A DNA stretch of 41,266 nucleotides from a virus: UHGV virus genome UHGV-0150473, one strand, 5' to 3'. This document shows, in pieces, positions 25,706-34,341 of the stretch. The notes under the pieces were generated by a model that saw only the letters and a list, made by a program, of their open reading frames with translations, did not search any database and had not been told where the DNA came from. Position 1 is the first letter of the stretch. Every line of letters starts with the position of its first letter. The position numbers were made by a program, and so were the translations under genes.

Positions 25706-26012
25706 TCAGAAAATCACTATTCAAGAGAAAACAACAGCTAAAAACGATAAATTTGAATGGGTAACAACGTGGGTTGACAAAGCAACTATATGGTGTAGTG
25801 TAAAACAGCAGTATTTCAGAGATTTTAAAGAAACATATGGTACTGCATTAGAGGATACAACTAATTTTGTTGTGCGTTATGAACAGCGTTTCCAATTACA
25901 AAATGATATGCGTGTTGTATATAAAGGTGTTAACTATGAAATAGTATCCATTTTAGAAGGTAGTTATGACCGTGATTTTACAACATTAGTATGTAAGAGG
26001 GTTAAGAAATGA
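25680..26012 (+). CDS. head closure / head-tail joining protein
   Basis: Size and position in HK97-like morphogenesis order. Confidence 0.55.
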   Translation: MAIPTQHLNQKITIQEKTTAKNDKFEWVTTWVDKATIWCSVKQQYFRDFKETYGTALEDTTNFVVRYEQRFQLQNDMRVVYKGVNYEIVSILEGSYDRDFTTLVCKRVKK

Positions 26013-26416
26013 GTAAGCAGAATTATGCTGACTTTTCAGACGCATACAACGCACTTATAAAGATTGGTAAAAATGCAGATAGTATCACAGCAAAAGCACT
26101 GAATAAAGCTGGTGAAATAGGAGAGCAAGAACTTGCTAAACGCACCCCATATTGGAACGGTAAAAAGTACAGTAGAAAAGACCAGATGTACAAGCGTGAA
26201 CATATGCAGAAAAATACAGCAATGACAAAAGCAAGCAAAGGTAAACATGAGGTCTTAATTGGGTATAATGACCAAGTTTCGTGGCGTGTTCACTTTACAG
26301 AATTGGGAACAATGACACAAAGACCACAACATTTCATTGAAAAGACTATTAAAGAAGTTCAAGACGAAATAGAAAAGGTAATTATAAAAGCAATGGAGGA
26401 GGCGTTTCTAAAATGA
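26009..26416 (+). CDS. tail component, HK97 gp10-like
   Basis: Position/size; ATGA coupled. Confidence 0.5.
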   Translation: MSKQNYADFSDAYNALIKIGKNADSITAKALNKAGEIGEQELAKRTPYWNGKKYSRKDQMYKREHMQKNTAMTKASKGKHEVLIGYNDQVSWRVHFTELGTMTQRPQHFIEKTIKEVQDEIEKVIIKAMEEAFLK

Positions 26417-26778
26417 CATTACCTATTTTACAAGTGGCGCAGATACTTAATGAAGCACACCCAGAAGTCAACTGGTTTACTAACGAGGTACCAAATGAAT
26501 TTGTATCACTTCCTAAGTTACCAGTGGGTAGAATCACAGAGCTAGACATGGACTATCACGCATACGCAAGTGCAGACCCAAATTATTACACAACCTATAT
26601 CCAAGTTGATTTGTGGGTTGAAGATTTGACAATGTTGGATAAATACTATCTAGAAATTGATAAGACAATGCGTGCTGATAACGTACAATGTTCATTTAGT
26701 ACACAGACATATGAACCTGACCTAGAGGGTGCCAGTCGCATTGTGAAGCGTTACGTAATCACACAAAGAGTTGTCTAA
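26413..26778 (+). CDS. tail completion/terminator-like protein
   Basis: Position upstream of major tail protein. Confidence 0.5.
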   Translation: MTLPILQVAQILNEAHPEVNWFTNEVPNEFVSLPKLPVGRITELDMDYHAYASADPNYYTTYIQVDLWVEDLTMLDKYYLEIDKTMRADNVQCSFSTQTYEPDLEGASRIVKRYVITQRVV

Positions 26779-26966
26779 ATCATAAAAATTATGATATACT
26801 GTATACATGAGGTGATTAAATGTATACAGTATATTTGCATATAAACAAAGTCTTACGAGCTAAAAGAAAAACACACAAGGGGTTCTCAATAACATTCGCA
26901 TAACACACACAAGAGTATGATAGTATGCTATAATAACTATAGTAACAAAATAAACTATATTGAGGA

Positions 26967-27539
26967 GTGGTTATCATAGCTGTAGTAGGATTCAAAAAAG
27001 CAATCATTAGTGTACCTAAAACAGAAGGTGTTGGTGTTGATAAATACACAATTGATAAAAGCGGTGGTGGTACTATTGAAGCGTCAATTCAAGGAATTTC
27101 AGCAGAACAAACAACCGTTTATGCGTCAAACGTTCCAATTTGGGTATCAGCTAAAGGGGTTGGAGAGTTAACAGCTTCATTAAACGTATTTGACTTGTAT
27201 AAAGACAACGTTTATGAGAAAATTTTAGGTATTGAACGTGGTGAAGATGGTATTGCAATCGTTGGTGAAGATACAGAAGCACCTTACGTTTCAGCAGTAT
27301 TTGTTGCAGACGGTGCAGACGGTAAAGAAATGTACTTTGGTTTAGTTAAAGGACGTTTCAGCCACCCAGAAATCGCATTGAATACAACAGAATCTGGTGG
27401 TACAGAACCAAACACAGAAACAATTGAAGGTTCATTTGTAACAGATTCACGTGGATTTGCATACATGAGTGCTGTTTCAAGTGACACATTAACACTTGAC
27501 AAATTTGTTGACAAAGTAAACAACATTACTACACCCTAG
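26967..27539 (+). CDS. major tail protein (TP901-1/phi13-like); GTG start overlapping RBS (start uncertain); ends CCC_TAG
   Basis: 190 aa; own TGcTATAAT promoter (26924-26945) and terminator (27602-27629). Confidence 0.75.
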   Translation: MVIIAVVGFKKAIISVPKTEGVGVDKYTIDKSGGGTIEASIQGISAEQTTVYASNVPIWVSAKGVGELTASLNVFDLYKDNVYEKILGIERGEDGIAIVGEDTEAPYVSAVFVADGADGKEMYFGLVKGRFSHPEIALNTTESGGTEPNTETIEGSFVTDSRGFAYMSAVSSDTLTLDKFVDKVNNITTP

Positions 27540-27595
27540 TACACCACCTGTGGTAGGACAGGTGACGCCAGCAGATACAAGTGTATCAATTGAAT
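27534..27595 (+). repeat. 62-bp direct repeat copy B (after major tail stop)
   Basis: ~87% identical to 25037-25098. Confidence 0.8.
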
Positions 27596-27601
27596 TGACT
27601 T

Positions 27602-27629
27602 AGAAGAGCGTAACAGCTCTTCTTTTTTA
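27602..27629 (+). terminator. intrinsic terminator after major tail gene
   Basis: AGAAGAGCgtaacaGCTCTTCT + T6. Confidence 0.7.
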
Positions 27630-27713
27630 TTACACTGGTTTCACCAACACCCACAACCATTGCTTTTAATGCTATAATAACTATAGTAAATAAAATTATT
27701 TGGAGGAATAAAC

Positions 27714-28046
27714 ATGGCAAAACAAACAAAATCATTCAGTATTAACTTAATTATTGACGGAAAAAACCGCAAAATTACAAAAAAAGGTGTCAAAGTTAAG
27801 ACAATGCGTAGTATTATGAAGTATTACCGTGATATGGAAAACGTACAAAAAGACATGGCTAATGGTGTAGAAGTTGACCAATTAGAATTGTTAGATTCAA
27901 TGATTGTATTATTAGTTGAAATCTTTGAACACCCAGAAGTTACATTTGAAGCAATTGAAAACTCAATTGAATCTGATGACTTAGTAGACGTTTTAGAAAA
28001 CATCTTAGGAACTATCATGGGGGTTGATGATTCAAAGGAAGCCTAG
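27714..28046 (+). CDS. tail assembly chaperone (gpG-like)
   Basis: 110 aa acidic C-terminus, precedes tape measure; RBS GGAGGAA. Confidence 0.7.
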   Translation: MAKQTKSFSINLIIDGKNRKITKKGVKVKTMRSIMKYYRDMENVQKDMANGVEVDQLELLDSMIVLLVEIFEHPEVTFEAIENSIESDDLVDVLENILGTIMGVDDSKEA

Positions 28047-28285
28047 AGGACGGTGTAGAAGTTAACTGGGACGAATCTTTAGAATCACTAAATAAATTAT
28101 ATAATTCATACATGGAAGGTGGTTGGACCGTTAATGATGTTAGCGAAGCTGACTACCTTCTTTTATTGGAATTATTCAGTGATAATACTAAAGAGAAAAA
28201 AGAAGAGAAACAAGACCCATTAGCATTTTTTGGCACTGTCCTATCACCAACAGACCTAGCAAAAGCAAAAGGAGAGATTGAATAA
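27714..28285 (+). CDS. tail assembly chaperone GT-like fusion via predicted -1 frameshift near 28034-28037 (A_AAG)
   Basis: -1 frame open from 28031 to TAA 28283-28285 which overlaps TMP ATG; shifty A_AAG three codons before gpG stop. Confidence 0.5.
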
Positions 28286-31200
28286 TGGCAGACAAAGTTA
28301 TTGGCAATATGAAGTTTGGTATTGGTGTTGACGGTGTAGACCAGACCATTAATACATTAGACAAATTAAACAAGTCAATTAAACAACAAGAGTCCGCAAT
28401 GAAAGCCAATTTATCAGTGTTTGATAAATCAGGACAAAGCATTGAGAAGCTACAACAAAAAGAAAAAGACTTGGCAACAGCTACTGACTTACAAGGTAAG
28501 AAAGTTGAATTATTAAGTAAGAAACGTCAAGACGCTATTGCAAAATATGGTGAAGAATCAAACCAAGTTAAAACACTAACAACACAGTTAAACAATGCTA
28601 GTGCCAAATACAACGGAATGCAAAAAGATTTGCAAAAAACTACAGCTGACGTTATCAAGTTTGAGAATGGTTTAGATAAACTAGGTCAAGAAATCAAAGA
28701 TAACGCAAAAGACTTCCAAACACAAGCCAACGCAATGGATAAAGCTGGCGACAAAATGGGTGCTTTGGAAACAAAACAGGCTGGTTTAAAACGTCAATCA
28801 GACCTAACAAAACAGGCTATTGCTGGTCAAGAAAACGCAATCAAACAATTAACGCAAAAGTTTGGTAAAAATTCAACAGAAGTTAGCAAAGCTGAACAAG
28901 AGTTACAAGGATTCAAAAAGCAATTAAACAACACAGACAGCGAACTAGATTCAGTATCTAAAGGGATGCAAGAACTAGGTAAGTCAAGTGGTGAAACTAG
29001 TGAAGGTTTAGGACTAGCAAGTAAAGGACTACAAGGTTTAGTTGCTGGTGTTGGTATGGCAGTAGCTACCAAAGCTATGGATATGATTAGTGACGCTGTT
29101 TCAGAAGTTGTTGAAAATATTAATGCTGGTATTGAAGCGGTTGACAAATTCAAAGGTGCGTTTGATTGGGACGCAGAGAGCGCCCAAGCTGTTTCAAGGT
29201 TAGCTAACCAGTTAGTTGCAGAAGGTTATTCAGACGACATCAACGAAGTAGCAGAAGCAATGATACGTGTTCAAAATGTAATGGGTGCTGAGGGCATGGA
29301 TGATGACATGCTACAACGCATGACACGTAATGCAATTGCATTTTCTAAAAATACAGGCGCAGACGTAAACGAGACTATTCGTGGTATTGGTAAAATGATG
29401 ACCAACTTTGGTATTGACGCAGACAAAGCTTGGGACTTGATGGCACGTGGCGCACAAATGGGACTTGACCAAACAGACGAACTAGGCGACAACATGGCTG
29501 AATACTCACAGATTTTTGGTCAAGCTGGTTTCACAGCAGAACAAACATTTGACATGTTACAAAGTGGTCTAGATGGTGGAGCATACAACTTAGACAAAGT
29601 CAATGACTTAATCAAAGAAATGGCTATTTCATTAACAGATGGTCGTTTTGAGGACAACATAGGTATGTTCAGCGGTCAAACACAAGAACTGTTTAGACAA
29701 TGGCAACAAGGTGGAGCAACACAAGCGGACGTTATCCGTTCAATGATTAGTGACTTTGGAGGTATGGAAAACCAATATGAAGCACTGAACAAAGCTGGGA
29801 CAATCTGGTCCGCATTAGGTGAAGATAACAGCTTAAATGTTATCAAGTCATTAAACAATACATCAATGGCATATGATAACGTAGAAGGCGCACAAGACGC
29901 AATGAACAACGCAATGAGCAACACAACTGGAATGGACGCTTTTAAATCAGCATTAAAAGCATTAGGAAATGAAATTGGTATCTCATTGAACCCAATGTTT
30001 GGTGGAATGGCAGACGGTATCACAAACTTTACCAAGAAAATTCTACCAATGGTGCAACCAGCATTGCAAAAAATGTGGGAGTTTGCACAACCAATTCTTG
30101 AAAAGTTAACGCAATATCTTGGTACATCTTTCAAGGTTGCGGGCGACATTATGGGTGTTGTGATTAAGTATATTGCAGATGACTTAATACCTTACATCAT
30201 GCCTAAGCTTCAAGAACTTGGCGATAGGTTGGGTGCTGTTTTTGATAAGGTGACTAAGTGGTGGAATGAGAACGGACAAGCAATAATGAATGCACTTAAA
30301 AAGTGGTTAGAATTATTAACACCAATTTTTAAAATTGCAATTGATATTGTAATGATGTTTGTTGATTCAGTAGTTGGTTTGATTGAAGGTTTCTTCAATG
30401 TAATTGAAGGGGCAACAAAAATCTTTAAAGGTATTTTCAACGGTGATTGGAAATTAATTTGGGACGGTATCAAACAATTAGTTTGGGGTGCTATTCAAGT
30501 AATTTGGAACTGGATAAATCTTTCATTCTTTGGTAAAATATTAAAAGGTGTAAAAGGTTTTGGCGCAACATTCAAAGGTTCAATTTCTGGAATGTGGGAA
30601 GCTGTTAAAAACTTCTTTAAAGGTGGTATATCAAATGTAAATGGTGCCGTTTCTGGTTGGTTTGGTAATGTAACACGCATTGCACGTGACCTTAGAAGTA
30701 ATGTTTCAGGAACTATTTCATCTCTTTGGAAGGGAATCAAAAACACATTCAGTGGTGGTATTGATACAATTGTACGCTGGTTTACTGGTTTGCCAGAACG
30801 TTTAGGCGGTGCAATTAGTGGCGGTGCTAAGCATGTTACTGGTGCATTTAAAGGTATTTTCAATAAGGTATTGAGTGCAATTGGTGGTCCAGTAAATGGT
30901 ATCATTGGCGGTGCTAACTGGGTGTTAGAAAAGTTTGGCGCACCTCAAATTCCTAAATGGGACGTACCACAATATGCAAGCGGTACTGACGGTCACATAG
31001 GCGGACCTATGGTAGTAAATGACGGTGGTGGCGCTGAAATGGTAATCGCACCAAACGGTCAAGCAATGATTCCAAAAGGTAGAAACGTTATGATGAATGC
31101 ACCAGCTGGCACACAAGTTCTAAATGCCAAAGAAACATCAATGGTGTTAGGACAAAAAGGGCGCATTCCATTCTATAAAAAAGGAACTGGTTTCATGGAC

Positions 31201-32172
31201 GGAGTTCGCAACATGTGGGACAATACCAAGTCATTTGTTGGTAATGGTATTAACAAGGTAAAACAAACCATTGGTGATATTATGGACTGGGTAGGAAATC
31301 CATTAGACTTAGCACGAAATGCAATTATGGGTGCAATGGACTTAGGTGGTCTAACACACGTAGCATTAGACATGGCAAAAGGTTTAGGAACAAAAGCTAC
31401 AACTGCATTTGCTGAAAAGGTGAAAGCCTTATTCAAAAAGAAAGAAGAGGAAGAACGTGTTAGTGGTCCTGTAGATGGTAACTGGCGTGCATTAGTCATC
31501 AAAGCTTCCAAAGAAATGGGCGCAAATGCTAGTGAAAGTGAAATCAATGGTATCTTGGCACAGATTCAACGTGAATCAGGTGGTAATGAAAAGATTGTTC
31601 AAAGTTCAGCAGTATGGGATGTCAACACAGCAAGCGGAAATCCAGCACGTGGTTTACTTCAATATATCCCACAAACGTTTGACGCATACAAGGTGAAAGG
31701 ACATGGCAACATTTATTCAGGTTATGACCAATTACTAGCATTCTTCAACAATACTAACTGGCGTCAAGACTTACCTTATGGTAAATCTGGTTGGGGTCCA
31801 TCTGGTGGACGCATTAGAGGTTATTATAATGGTGGTATTGCAAAAGGTCCACAAATTGCAAAACTTGCTGAAAATGGCTATCCAGAATTTATTATTCCAA
31901 CTGAACCAGCTAAACGAGGAAGAGCAATGGCATTGCTTAACCAAGCTAAACAAGCATTGGGAGTGAAGGAAGAACGCAACACACCTAAGCAAGGAACATC
32001 AACAGACTTAGGAACAGTCATTGCTTTAATGCAACAACAGAATGAATTGTTGCAAGCTATCTTAGCCAAAAATACAGATGTGTTATTGGACGGTAAGAAG
32101 CTTAACAAGGAACTTAACAACCTAAATAAAACCGCAGAACGTAATCGTTCACGTGACTTAGGTATTGTTTAA
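28285..32172 (+). CDS. tail tape measure protein with C-terminal lytic transglycosylase (SLT) domain
   Basis: 1295 aa, coiled-coil N-half, TP901-type core, 'ESGGNEKIVQ...GLLQYIPQTF' SLT motif ~31560-31690. Confidence 0.9.
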   Translation: MADKVIGNMKFGIGVDGVDQTINTLDKLNKSIKQQESAMKANLSVFDKSGQSIEKLQQKEKDLATATDLQGKKVELLSKKRQDAIAKYGEESNQVKTLTTQLNNASAKYNGMQKDLQKTTADVIKFENGLDKLGQEIKDNAKDFQTQANAMDKAGDKMGALETKQAGLKRQSDLTKQAIAGQENAIKQLTQKFGKNSTEVSKAEQELQGFKKQLNNTDSELDSVSKGMQELGKSSGETSEGLGLASKGLQGLVAGVGMAVATKAMDMISDAVSEVVENINAGIEAVDKFKGAFDWDAESAQAVSRLANQLVAEGYSDDINEVAEAMIRVQNVMGAEGMDDDMLQRMTRNAIAFSKNTGADVNETIRGIGKMMTNFGIDADKAWDLMARGAQMGLDQTDELGDNMAEYSQIFGQAGFTAEQTFDMLQSGLDGGAYNLDKVNDLIKEMAISLTDGRFEDNIGMFSGQTQELFRQWQQGGATQADVIRSMISDFGGMENQYEALNKAGTIWSALGEDNSLNVIKSLNNTSMAYDNVEGAQDAMNNAMSNTTGMDAFKSALKALGNEIGISLNPMFGGMADGITNFTKKILPMVQPALQKMWEFAQPILEKLTQYLGTSFKVAGDIMGVVIKYIADDLIPYIMPKLQELGDRLGAVFDKVTKWWNENGQAIMNALKKWLELLTPIFKIAIDIVMMFVDSVVGLIEGFFNVIEGATKIFKGIFNGDWKLIWDGIKQLVWGAIQVIWNWINLSFFGKILKGVKGFGATFKGSISGMWEAVKNFFKGGISNVNGAVSGWFGNVTRIARDLRSNVSGTISSLWKGIKNTFSGGIDTIVRWFTGLPERLGGAISGGAKHVTGAFKGIFNKVLSAIGGPVNGIIGGANWVLEKFGAPQIPKWDVPQYASGTDGHIGGPMVVNDGGGAEMVIAPNGQAMIPKGRNVMMNAPAGTQVLNAKETSMVLGQKGRIPFYKKGTGFMDGVRNMWDNTKSFVGNGINKVKQTIGDIMDWVGNPLDLARNAIMGAMDLGGLTHVALDMAKGLGTKATTAFAEKVKALFKKKEEEERVSGPVDGNWRALVIKASKEMGANASESEINGILAQIQRESGGNEKIVQSSAVWDVNTASGNPARGLLQYIPQTFDAYKVKGHGNIYSGYDQLLAFFNNTNWRQDLPYGKSGWGPSGGRIRGYYNGGIAKGPQIAKLAENGYPEFIIPTEPAKRGRAMALLNQAKQALGVKEERNTPKQGTSTDLGTVIALMQQQNELLQAILAKNTDVLLDGKKLNKELNNLNKTAERNRSRDLGIV

Positions 32173-32179
32173 AAACATT

Positions 32180-32212
32180 AAGACAACTCCTTTACAAGGG
32201 TTGTCTTTTGTG
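32180..32212 (+). terminator. intrinsic terminator after tape measure gene
   Basis: AAGACAAC...GTTGTCTT + TTGTGTT. Confidence 0.55.
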
Positions 32213-32251
32213 TTATAATACTAGTATAGTAAATTATAAAGGAGAATGAGA

Positions 32252-34330
32252 ATGGCTGAAAATTATGATTTTTTAAGAAGCTTTACATTTGACGGTAAAG
32301 AAACAAGTCACCTGTTTCAAATTGCTAAAGTGAACATACCGTTTTTATCAAAAGACAATGACTTTTTCACCGTAGGTAATACAGACGGAAAACATTTTAG
32401 AAACACTAGATTAGGTGAATATACACTTAGTATTGATGGTTTCATAATCGCAGACAATAGCGGTATGACTGTTTCAGAAACCAAAGATGAACTAGTTAAA
32501 ATCATCAACACAGACGAACCAAAGCAGTTAATTTTAGACCTATTCCCAGATAGATATTTTAACGCTATCTATACAGGAACAGAAGAGTATGACGCAACAG
32601 ACCCAAAGTATACACCTTTGACATTAACATTTGATGTACCTGATTCATTAGCACATGCAATCAATCCAGCTGGGTTTACAAATGTAAAAAGTGGTAATAT
32701 GAATTTAATCTATGATAGTGAGTTCACTAAGATTGACCAATACTTGAAACCTTGGGTAAAGGTACTACCAGAAAAACGATTAAATAGTACAGTTATTGGT
32801 GCAGACTTTACAAGTGGAATACCTTTTAATTATGATAAAAATAGCACAAAAGGTCAAGCATGGTTTCAAATGAATCAATACACCAGAAGAATGATTCCTG
32901 ATTTAAAAGTTGGTGATAGGGTTGTTGCTGGTATTGATTTTAAAGGATTTATTGATGATGATGAACCAGAAAATGCTGGTGCGCTTATTGTTGAAGAATG
33001 GGGGGACGCTCCATTAAGAATCCTAAAAAGGCACACTAAAGATATTCCAAAAGGTACAACAGAATGGACACATTTCTTTTTAGACATTACTATTGAATCA
33101 CCAGACTGTAAAGGTATTAACTTAGCATTTGGCGCATTTGGTGACGCATTTAGTGTTGCATGGTCAAGACCTTACATGTATTTAAACCCAGAAACAACAG
33201 GGGTATATGTCCCATCAGAGTTCCAATACAATGAGAATATCACAATTCAAAACAAAGGAACATACAAGTCCTATCCAACTTACACATTTAAAATGAATAG
33301 TGATAATGGGTTCTGTGGTTTAGTTGATGGAAAAGGTAATGTGTTACAATTTGGATACCCAGCAGAAAAAGATTACATTGAAAAGACACGTTTTGAAACT
33401 GTGAAATGGTGGACATTTTGGGGTAACGATATACCACCTGAATTTAAACTTAACCAAGGCTTTGTATCTTATTATCCAAACTATGGTAGTGACATAAGTA
33501 AACCAAATATATTTGATGGGTCATTAGATATGAAAAAAGACCCAGATTCCGTAACACCTGTTTTTGGTAGTGCAAATGACCAATATTGGCATGGTCCAGC
33601 AATCACAGCACCAATAACACCACCATCAGATAATGACAGAACACATAACTTTACAGCTAATATACGATTGACATTTGAATTTGATAAAGCAGTTCAAGCA
33701 ATGGGACGTATGGAAATAAATTTAGTTGACACAGAAGGTAACTACGTAATGGGTGTAGTATTCCGTGATTCAACATCAACAAATGATTTCATTAATATGG
33801 AAATGATTTATCAAGGTAAGGTATTAGATACCTACACACTTGATAAAAAGAAATTTAAAGTTGGTTGGCGTGAAATTAATTTAGAACGTTGGTCAAATAG
33901 TGTTAGGTGGCGTTTATGTGCAATCAAAACACTTGATAAGAACACAGATAATGTTGTTATCAAAGATGAATATAAATACGTTCACAACGTAGAAAACAGA
34001 CAAAACATCATGAGTTTTGGTACATGGTTTATGCGCTGGCGTTCTAATCAACATATTCTAATGAGTTTGACAGATGTAAAAATTAGATGGCGTGACACAC
34101 CTTATTTACAAGATGTGAAGAATGTATTCCGCAATGGTGACTTGGTGACGATTGACACAGCAACACGTACGCTTTACGTTAACGGAACACCAAACGGAAC
34201 ACTAAATACGTTAGGTAATGACTGGGAAAAATTTGTATTACCAGTAGGTGAAACAACAATAAAACCAGTGTTTTCTGACTTTGCATTAACACCAGAAGTT
34301 AGCGTTTCAGTAAACGAAAGATATTTATAG
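32252..34330 (+). CDS. distal tail protein (Dit), enlarged/evolved with large insertion (likely carbohydrate-binding)
   Basis: N-terminal Dit/Sipho_tail-like region (FTFDGK...LTFDV); 692 aa vs ~250-300 typical; follows TMP. Confidence 0.7.
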   Translation: MAENYDFLRSFTFDGKETSHLFQIAKVNIPFLSKDNDFFTVGNTDGKHFRNTRLGEYTLSIDGFIIADNSGMTVSETKDELVKIINTDEPKQLILDLFPDRYFNAIYTGTEEYDATDPKYTPLTLTFDVPDSLAHAINPAGFTNVKSGNMNLIYDSEFTKIDQYLKPWVKVLPEKRLNSTVIGADFTSGIPFNYDKNSTKGQAWFQMNQYTRRMIPDLKVGDRVVAGIDFKGFIDDDEPENAGALIVEEWGDAPLRILKRHTKDIPKGTTEWTHFFLDITIESPDCKGINLAFGAFGDAFSVAWSRPYMYLNPETTGVYVPSEFQYNENITIQNKGTYKSYPTYTFKMNSDNGFCGLVDGKGNVLQFGYPAEKDYIEKTRFETVKWWTFWGNDIPPEFKLNQGFVSYYPNYGSDISKPNIFDGSLDMKKDPDSVTPVFGSANDQYWHGPAITAPITPPSDNDRTHNFTANIRLTFEFDKAVQAMGRMEINLVDTEGNYVMGVVFRDSTSTNDFINMEMIYQGKVLDTYTLDKKKFKVGWREINLERWSNSVRWRLCAIKTLDKNTDNVVIKDEYKYVHNVENRQNIMSFGTWFMRWRSNQHILMSLTDVKIRWRDTPYLQDVKNVFRNGDLVTIDTATRTLYVNGTPNGTLNTLGNDWEKFVLPVGETTIKPVFSDFALTPEVSVSVNERYL

Positions 34331-34341
34331 GAGGAATCAGA

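Noticed and set aside
28827-31547. Several minus-strand ORFs inside the tape-measure gene (108-157 aa)
   Set aside because: Antisense shadows of a long Ala/Gly-rich coding region; no start signals
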